64,000 nucleotides of DNA from Sphagnum compactum (Eukaryota), in assembly GCA_965153455.1 (NCBI GenBank), contig OZ234493.1, positions 6,872,213-6,936,212 of the forward strand, in the 5' to 3' direction. Of this stretch, positions 55,837-64,000 are shown in pieces. Positions within the stretch are counted from its first letter, which is position 1. Each line of letters starts with the position of its first letter. Made by a program: the position numbers and the translations under genes. A model generated the notes under the pieces. The model saw only the letters and a list, made by a program, of their open reading frames with translations, had not been told where the DNA came from and ran no database searches.

Positions 55837-58800
55837 CTAATCTCTAGATTCCAAAACAACTGGCACTTTCATCTTTTGGTCTCCCCGCAGAACCTCCACT
55901 GTCACCTGCAACAGCACAGCTCACAAAAGCAGCATCAGTCCAACCATACCTGAACTGCACATTCACAATCAGGTACCTGCACTCTGTCTATTTAAGGAAA
56001 AAGTGACTTGGGTGAGCATTTCTGTGTGGAAAAACTCAGTAAAACTACCTTAGGAGTTCATCATCATTCATGCAAATCATTACACTTCAGGTTAATGTGG
56101 AGGTCCTCCTCTTTATCTTTGACAGTACTGCTTTAGGCATAGAGAACTCAGCGAAGTTTGGGTACAGACAGACAATGTTCAGCTGTGTGAAGATAGCAGG
56201 CAAATGAGCTTTACCGTATCCCCCACTTTACACCGGTCCAAGATCTTGTAGAGATCACTGCCATTTGAAACTTTTTGGTTATTCAATGATGTGATAATGT
56301 CACCTAACACCAGGCGACCATATGAGTCCCGTGTTGTTGACCTCAACCCCTGCAACACCCCCCGCCCCCATGTTGACCCCAATCCTTCTTCAATTTTGCA
56401 TGTATCAAGTGCATGCCTCTCTTGCCTTAAAATATGAGAAATGAACTTCGGCTCAAATACTGAGATTCCTACTGCTGTGTGCACAAACTGATGAAAAGGA
56501 TTCTGGTAGAATTATAGAGTGAAGGTATAATAGTAGGATCAAGGAATTACAGCTTTGCCGGCTGGACCACTAGCAGGGGCATCTAGAATAAGCACACCGC
56601 TTACACCCAATTGCTCAACTGCTTGCTCTGGTGCAAAGGAGATTCCCAGCACAGGTCGTGTCACTTTTCCAAACTTCACAATCTGTTCCACTATTCCACT
56701 CACCTGCAAATCAACCAGTAGATCCTTTTCTTGGTCAAGGCCGCATGTGAGCGACTAGATTCACTCTGCACTCTTGTGGGACCTAGAAGAGGGCAGAAAA
56801 TTTGTGACACCACATCAATTAAGAGATTGAGAGATTGTCATCACTCACAGTGTCAACAGGAATGGAGAATCCTACACCCGATGAGGCACCTGAGGGGGAG
56901 TAGATAGCAGTGTTAATGCCAATGAGGTTGCCAGCACTATCTAGGAGAGGCCCTCCACTATTGCCTGGATTTATAGCAGCATCGGTCTGGATGACATCCT
57001 GTATTGGCCGTCCTGTGGCTGCTGAGCTTATCTCCCTTCGTAATCCACTGTAGCCATGATACTTTCAGACATTTTAGACTGTGAGCTTATAACAACTAAC
57101 ATCCTAGGCTTCTCAAGCAACTGACTGAGAAGACCATGATGAAATTTCTTCACACTTTGCTTGAATATCTTTCTGGCACTACCCTGCAACCTGATTATGG
57201 TCACAGTAAGGGTCAAAAACCTTGTACATACTCTGAAGACAGGTTCTATATCCAATATCTCAGCTGAAGACTACATACTGCATCTAGCTTGAGCCAAAGT
57301 CCCACCAGAGGTTCACAGTCAAAATAAAGAAAATTGGGCATAGAAGTACCTGATGACGCCAGTGGTGAGTGTGTGGTCAAGTCCAAACTGCACACATGAC
57401 AAGAGCAGAAGGTAAAAAGTCTGGCTAAGAAAAGACAGTTTGTCTAATGGGGAGCCCTCCCATTTCTCTCCAGTTTGAACAGCTTTCTATTCCAGCAGAT
57501 CTGTTCATGTATAAAATTAACTAATACTTGATCTCTGAGTTCACTTTAATTATCAATTCCTTGAGTTCTTATGCTTTCTGCCACACCACCCTCCAAAACT
57601 ATGAAGAGCTCATAGCACGGACCCTCCCGTCTCATTTAGTACAAAAGAACACTTTCTGGTTCCTTCAATCACTGAGTTGAGGAGGAATCAGGGTAGATGA
57701 GGAAAGAAATCAGATATACCGGGTTGCCAATCGCAAAGACCTTTTGACCCACAAGCAAGTCAGCAGATCTCCCCACAGGCAAGGGACGAAGCTTCTCCCA
57801 GGGTGCATCAATGTGCAACACAGCAACATCTTTATCCTCATCAAATCCAACCACATCTGCCTCATACACTGTTTGGTCCCCCAATGTGACCCTGACATGA
57901 ACCAAGCTGCCCCATGTTATTCTCATTTCCACTCTACCACTGAGAAGAATTTGTCCCAACAAAAATAACATGGATGCATTCTTTCTAGTACAAAACACTC
58001 CACTGTTGCACTCTAACCCAAAGAAGACTCACAAAGTTCAGCATCCTCTTGCTTGCCAGAGTTCAGCATTGAGATGGGAATATGGCCAACCATTCAGCAG
58101 AAAAAAATGGAAGTTACAAGCAGAGAAATGGGAGGGGAGGGATTAGGGTGGTTTATCAATCAGGGAATTGAGTGACATACCGAAGGTCTGATGCACCTCG
58201 AATGACATGATAGTTTGTCACAATGTGGCCTTTCTTGTCCCATATAAACCCTGATCCTGAGCCTTGTGGCACTGCCATGACATCCAGGGTAAACACATCT
58301 CTCCTGTTTTTTGTGTTCCCCACCAGAAACAAAAAAAAAAACCTCTACAATTAGCTGCTGCTTTTTTCACCGTATCTTCATAAAATATTAGGGTTTTCTG
58401 TGGTGGTCATTGGCTCTGGTTTTTGAAAGGGAAAAGACCAATAATTTGACAGCGGTGGCTGAAGAAGTAGAAGACGAGGATGAGGAGGAGGAGGAATCAC
58501 TGGGGGAAGGACAAGCTCAAGAGAAAGAAAGTTACCGCACAGCTAGATTGGTGATGTAGACAACAGATGGAGTGTTCTCCTGAAAGAGTTGCACAGTTGC
58601 AAGTTCATCTCCCTGCAATTTTCTGGGAGCCATAACAAGCGCATTTGAAGCACCTAAACTGGTCGTCATCACCAGCACCGCTACCATCACCGTCGCCATC
58701 CACACCAGGAGTTTGGGTGACGATGGGGTTTCTCCAGGCTTAAATCCTAATCTCTCCATCACCCAATTCTTCACCATTGTGGTGGGTGTCTTCTTTACTA

Positions 58801-59398
58801 GAACACAATTGACAGCATCTTCCCAGGCTCTACGACAAAAGTCATAAATCTCCAACAAACCTTTTGATTCTGCTGCAGCAGCAGCAGCAGCAGGAGGAGG
58901 TTCTTGGGAATCCCACTTAGGTCTTCTTCTGTTCTTCCTGTGATCACTACTAAGCCTAACATACCCTAATCCTTCACAATCCTCAGTTGCTGCTTCAGCC
59001 GAGCTGCTTCCGCAACTCTCATCATGATTCTCCCTCTGCCATCTACATCTTGCTGAACCACGCAACTTACCGATCGATGTCAACCCCTTCTGACACCATG
59101 CCTGCTGCTGCTTCCTCCTAATGAAAAAACTCGGCTGATGACCAAAACAAGGAAAAGAAGCACAAGAAGAAGAAGAAGAAGATGGTGAAGCTGATGACGA
59201 TGAACAAGAGACGAAGAGACTTATGCAAAGCGGCCGTCTCCTGTGTTCTTCTATACCCCGGAGAATGAGCAGCTGAAATCTAATGTTGGGAGAAGACGCG
59301 GAAGAGGAGAATTGTGAACCCAAATGGGTAGTAGTGAAAATGGTCGTAGTAGGCCTGCACGAAAGAGAAGAAGAAACAGATGTTGCAACAAGCGCCAT
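55837..59398 (-). CDS. DEG1: Deg1 / protease Do-like 1, chloroplast thylakoid-lumen HtrA serine protease with PDZ domain, 8 exons, 583 aa
   Basis: Exons read manually with GT-AG borders and consistent phase: 59398-58536, 58303-58181, 57891-57720, 57387-57350, 57047-56849, 56703-56551, 56349-56215, 55905-55837 (1752 nt including TAG). Translation has [36 protein letters not shown] (His), DEDKDVAVL (Asp), [17 protein letters not shown] (Ser), a PDZ region and the C-terminus [22 protein letters not shown]. This closely matches plant Deg1 as I recall it. Confidence 0.96.
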
Positions 59399-59554
59399 TT
59401 CTGAAGCTCACAAATCTCTTCTCTTGCGCGCTCTGCGTGTGTCTAGAACTGTTTGTGTTTCTCTTCTCTGCCCTCTCGCGTGCGCGCGAGAGAGCGAAGC
59501 GCAGCGCCTGTGTTTCTTCTTGAGGAAGAAGAAACACACTCTCCTCTGTTGTTT

Positions 59555-59625
59555 GTAGCTACCGGGATTCGAACCCGCAACCGATATGAGACTACCTAAG
59601 TGCTTTTACCACCGGGCTGTTCATA
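59555..59625 (-). mobile_element. tRNA-derived SINE-like head / tRNA-like remnant upstream of DEG1
   Basis: Minus strand has an A-box-like CAGCCCGGTGG and a B-box/T-arm CGGG-TTCGAAT-CCCG. I could not fold a complete cloverleaf. Confidence 0.5.
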
Positions 59626-59639
59626 TAGTAGGGTAACAG

Positions 59640-60205
59640 TTCAGTAATTGCCAAAATTTCGCCAAAAAGCGAAATTCAAAATTCAAAAAATTTAAGCGAT
59701 TATTGGAGGTTTTCAATCGCCAAAAGTGAGGGGAAAATCAAAATAAAAATTCTAGATTTCTATATTTCATTGTGTAGCCAAACATGTAGAAGGATGATTA
59801 AAGTTTTGCACCTACCTCATATTTGGTTTATAGCCAGATTTGGCTAAATCTTCATCATCTTCATAGGGATGATCCCCACTTTTTCTACATATTCCTATCA
59901 GTATTTTTATTTTTTCCAATTTAGTGATGTCGCTCAAGTGGCGATCAAACAAAAGTATATGTAGCCAAATTAGCTGATATTCAAAATATGAAAAGTAGAA
60001 AAATCTTAAGCACTTTTCATATTGAAGGCAATTGTGGAAATTTCTTTTTCTTTTTTTGGCGATTTCTCTCTTAAACATGGAATTTGTGACATAATTTTTT
60101 TTTCCAAAATAATTTTCACAAAACCCTGAAAACTAGCCACCAAAAAGCTTGGTTTATGATCACCACTTTGGCTAGAAACAAAAATTCCTAAAAGAAACAC
60201 TAACT
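59640..60205. repeat. Dispersed non-autonomous repeat family with a (T)AGCCAAATTTGGCTA palindromic core
   Basis: Shared words (GTAGCCAAA, AGCCA(A/G)ATTTGGCTAAAT, GATGATC.CCACTTT) recur at ~27690-27870, 29310-29480, 43800-44075 and 45545-46035. Confidence 0.55.
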
Positions 60206-61863
60206 AGAGTTTGTCCAAAACATTGAAAAAACTTTTTTGGGGGGGGGGGGGTGAAGGGGGGGAGAGGAGAAGAATTAACTGGCCACTTGGCAAGCACCAC
60301 ATGGCCACCTCACATCTTCTGTCTAATCCATGCCACTCATCATCTTTTTGTTTGGGTCATAAACTCTATCCATTTGGTCTCCTCATCCATTTGGTCCTCA
60401 TCAACCAAATGAGATTTTTTTCATTCATCCAATTCAATTGGGAGGTAATTCAAAATGGGTGGGTCTCCTATAATCTTTCATAGGCTCCTTATTGATTTTG
60501 CATAATTCTTGATATGGTCATTCCTAAATGATTTCACAGATTTCTCAAATATAATTACTCATTTCCAAGCTTATTTATCTCACTTCTTTCCTAATAATTA
60601 TCTCTTAACCTTATAACTATCTCATTTTTAAGAAAAAATGATTATCTCTTATCCTTATAATTATTTCATGTTTTTTCCTTCTTCATATGAAAAGATAAAT
60701 TAACATGTGTTTTTCTATGTCCATGATATTTACGTTAATTAAAATTAAATTTGACATCAAGATAAATAATGATAAATTATACTGATAATCATATGAGAAC
60801 AAAATAAGAATTTTTTTTGGGGTCATTGATAGTGTATAGCAATGTGGAGCTCAAGTTGATAGGGCTTTTGCATGGCGCAAGTGTCAAATGAGAAATCAAA
60901 ACAGATTTTTTCTTTCATTTCTTTCATTGGACATGATTCAATATGGTCAATCTCATCCACCAACGTTGGTTGTGGCTAATGCTTTCAATGCAAGAAGGTA
61001 TGGATTTCATGAGGGGGGCATGTTCAATTTGGAACTGCATGATGATGAAGTTGTTATGGACAATAGAGGTATCCTGGAAGTCACCCAGTCTTTTGGCCTC
61101 CTTTCAACCCCAAACCCCTCTTTTAGTGGTATTAGCAAAGTCGAAAACATGCTATGACGGATTCAAGACATTATTGAGAGAACACTAGTTCTCTCATTTT
61201 TCATCAATTTAAAAATTGAAATGGTTGGTTTTATGTATCCTCACAGGGTGGTTGCTAGAAGGAATGCATTTTCAATGTTTTCAAGTGCATGAAATGGAGG
61301 TGAATTGGAAGGCGAGGCAGAAAGCGAAAAGTTGGAATGTCAATTTTCACAAATGAAAAGGAATATGAATTAACAAGAGATTTCTAAACTGTTCCCATTT
61401 CACATAAGAAAGCACCAAAGAAAAGGCGAGTATGATACAAGACAAAAATAAAAAAAGATGAAAAGATTGGAAAGAATTAGGTGGATGGTGAAGTACTTTA
61501 CACCTCATTGTTCCAAAAAAAAATTGTAACTTGAATCTTTCAAAATACAAAAAAAAAGAAAAAAACACCATCAAAGGTTAACCTAATTCTCTCAAATATC
61601 AATCACACATTTTTGATATTGGACCCTCAAGTTGGACCCCAAGCCTTCCAACACACTCAATGTACCTTACAAAAAAAAAAAAAAAAGTGAAGAAGGGTCC
61701 AATTCAAGGGAACATTTGCTTCAAATTGGTTCCTGAGATTTTGGTCCCTAGACCCTTGACGAAAGTGGCCCTTAGTATGAAATGCTGAAACTCAGCATTT
61801 ATGCACAAGGTTCGAGAGTAATTATAGTAGCTGTATAGTTAGGAGCAAGGAAAATATATGTAT

Positions 61864-61992
61864 TTGATTGTAAGTGAAGCTAGAGTAGATGGAGGTACTA
61901 CCCTGAAGAGATTTCAACCCAGAGCTCAAGGACATGCTTATCCCATACACAAGCCTACTTGTCATATAACTATTATGGTGAAAAATGAATAA
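61864..61992 (+). pseudogene. rpl22: Plastid-derived (NUPT) rpl22 3' fragment
   Basis: Translates as [42 protein letters not shown], the typical plastid L22 C-terminus. It is followed by a spacer and the rps3 start, as in the plastid S10 operon. Confidence 0.9.
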
Positions 61993-62075
61993 TAACAGAA
62001 AATGGATGATCCGTTAAAAAAAGAAAAGAATATGAAAACTTTTATGCTAATATCATTGAAAGAAGGAAAAGATGC

Positions 62076-62165
62076 ATGAGACAAATAATGAACCCACTTG
62101 ATTTTCGATTCAGTGTGCCCCAAAATCATCATTCTTATTGGTTCGCACAACCGAAAAATTATTCT
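62076..62165 (+). pseudogene. rps3: Plastid-derived (NUPT) rps3 5' fragment
   Basis: Translates as [30 protein letters not shown], a decayed form of the plastid S3 N-terminus MGQKINPLGFRLG..[15 protein letters not shown]. It is truncated after 30 codons. Confidence 0.88.
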
Positions 62166-62422
62166 GTAGCAACAGTGGAGGCGCTCAGGAAAAAGGAAAG
62201 ACAGGTTAAAACTCAATATCTACCACCCAAATTGATGGTTTTCTGAGTTTCTCTCCCCCCCCCCCCCCCGGTTGATCGCTAATGTACTTTTTGCAAGTCT
62301 TTTTTTAATCTCACCTGTTTATGACCAAACTCAGGGTTACGTTGTTGTATTTTCCTCACTTTACGGATATCTCTAACGTTTGTAAAAATTTCCTTGAATG
62401 TACCATAAGGGAATCACACTTA

Positions 62423-62794
62423 AAGCATCTCCACCAGTGCTTAGTATCTGACTCTGACAGTAAAATTTATTGCGAAAAAGTCAAAATGTGCCGGTTCAAT
62501 TCAGGAAATTGGTTTTTCTGCACCAAGTTTGTGCAGCTTGTTGAGGCTGGTGAAAGGCACAACGCAGTTGTGCACCTCCAAAAAAGATTATAATAAATTC
62601 GACCTTACTACGACTCAGTATTTCTGATTGGTCGATCATAATGATTGGTCCAGGTGGTTCGCTATTAGTGATTCCCACGTATATGCAGTTCTAGTTACAG
62701 TTTTCTTGGTGGGATTGCCAAAAAAAAAACAGCTAAACTTAGACATTTATTTTTATTCCGGAGAGTGACATACTGAGCACTGGTAGAGATGTTC
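62423..62794. mobile_element. Tourist-like (PIF/Harbinger) MITE
   Basis: Imperfect TIRs AAGCATCTCCACCAGTGCTTAGTAT ... ATACTGAGCACTGGTAGAGATGTTC, flanked by TTA on both sides (62420-62422 and 62795-62797). Confidence 0.85.
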
Positions 62795-62977
62795 TTAGGA
62801 AGAATATGCATTAGACTATGCAGAGTAGATTCATTCGAATGTGGAAAGGATAGTGTATGAATATGTTCGCCTTTTCACATGTGAGAGAAACGTCATCTTT
62901 TTAATTGGTCATTATACATATGGTGTATAGTTTTTAATAAATTACAGTTTGTTTTTGGTCTCTTGCTACTAGAATAG

Positions 62978-63051
62978 ATAAGGATTGCTCAGGTGGTTAG
63001 AGTAAAGGACTGAAAATCCTTGTGTCAGTGGTTCAAATTCACTTCCAAACA
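62978..63051 (+). pseudogene. trnF: tRNA-Phe(GAA) pseudogene, plant-mitochondrial type (probable NUMT)
   Basis: Sequence GCTCAGGTGGTTAGAGT-AAAGGA-CTGAAAA-TCCTT-GTGTC-AGTGG-TTCAAAT-TCACT-TCCAAACA has an intact anticodon arm with GAA and resembles the plant mitochondrial trnF as recalled. The acceptor stem has 3 of 7 mismatches. Confidence 0.8.
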
Positions 63052-63649
63052 TAATAGAGTGAAGCTTTAAATTCAAGCATCTCTAAGGAGCTCAGAAAAG
63101 AAATATTATTTATTTTTTCAATAAAATAAAGTGGTCTGAAGTTCAATTTCTCAGTGGCTTTGAAATAAAAGCATGCTTCTTTTTAGGGGCTACTATATAT
63201 ATATATTGCTCGTTTTTTCATAAAAAAAACAACTTTAAAATAACACAACCTTGTTTTAATGTGAAATATATATATCTTTTTTTAAAAAAACTTCAGAGAT
63301 TTTTTAATTTTGGGATAGGACAATCAAATTCACTTCTAAACACAATAGAGTGAAGCTTTAGATTCAAGCATATCTAAAGAGCTTAGAAAAGAAATATTAT
63401 TTATTCCTTCAATAAAATAAAGTGGTTTGAAGTTCAATTTCTTAGTGGCTTTGAATAAAAGCATGCTTCATGCATCTTTCTGGGGGCTGCTCTACAAATA
63501 TTTTATTTTATTTTATTTTATTTTGCTCTTTTTTCCATAAAAGAAGCAACCTTAAAGTATAAAACACAGCCTTGCCTTAATTTGAAAAAAATATATACCT
63601 TTCTTTTTGTAAAGTTAATAGATTTTTTAATTTTGGGATAGGACAATCA
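63034..63649 (+). repeat. Two-copy tandem duplication (~290-320 bp) starting inside the trnF T-arm
   Basis: CAAATTCACTTC(C/T)AAACA..AATAGAGTGAAGCTTTA begins at 63034 and 63326. Both copies end in TTTTTAATTTTGGGATAGGACAAT. Confidence 0.9.
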
Positions 63650-64000
63650 TAATGGTTCATTGTAAATTTATATTTAATAAAAAAATGAACTTGGGAGGTG
63701 TCCCCATCTAATTAATATGAATCACAATAGGTACCCCCCAAATATGACATGTGATCATGTCTTACCTAACTTGTTTAAAGAAAATAGGCCTTATGGATGA
63801 ACAAATTCTGTTTTATGTGAATATGCAATGCATGAAAACTTAATTTTGTGAAATATAAAAACTTGCTTGAATTTATGTTTTATTGGATTCGAAAAGGCTA
63901 TGTGATCTGTATGTATGAATCAATGAAAAAATGATATGTAGGATTTGCAAAATTTAGCCTCCTATGTGTGTAAAATATAATTGCAAGGCCAACAAGTCCT

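Larger units (their letters stand above)
61772..62374 (+). mobile_element. MITE family A copy, left end truncated, interrupted by plastid DNA at 61863-62164
   Basis: Colinear with 39663-39957 (AGTATGAAATGCT.AAACTCAGCATTT ... TATTTTCCT.ACTTTAC.GATA.CTCT) except for the insert. Confidence 0.85.

Noticed and set aside
60888..61188. Two overlapping 80-90-aa ORFs
   Set aside because: They look like decayed TE coding sequence and no family could be assigned with confidence.
62978..63051. Functional tRNA-Phe gene or phage-like att site
   Set aside because: The acceptor stem is broken. The duplicated 3' end is part of a longer tandem duplication and no integrase is present.

Overview
Eukaryotic nuclear DNA from a land plant. 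A bryophyte such as Sphagnum is my inference from gene, intron and repeat style and is not proven. The window is AT-rich and mostly decayed transposon sequence and tandem repeats. Two intact intron-containing genes were reconstructed by hand on the minus strand. One is a 9-exon, ~470-aa seven-transmembrane protein resembling the LUSTR/GPR107 (GOST) 7TM domain but apparently lacking a lumenal GOLD domain (25405-20769). The other is an 8-exon, 583-aa chloroplast Deg1/HtrA protease with an unusually long presequence (59398-55837). The rest holds CACTA, Helitron and hAT remnants, MITEs, microsatellites and telomere-motif repeats. The right end (61.7-63.7 kb) is a nested stack. It has a MITE carrying a ~300-bp plastid rpl22-rps3 fragment, a Tourist-like MITE, and a mitochondrial-type tRNA-Phe pseudogene whose 3' end is tandemly duplicated. 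I found no convincing new multi-gene system and no CRISPR array. The best leads are the organellar DNA inside a MITE, the GOLD-less 7TM protein and an (ATG)7/(CAT)7 uORF hairpin in its leader.
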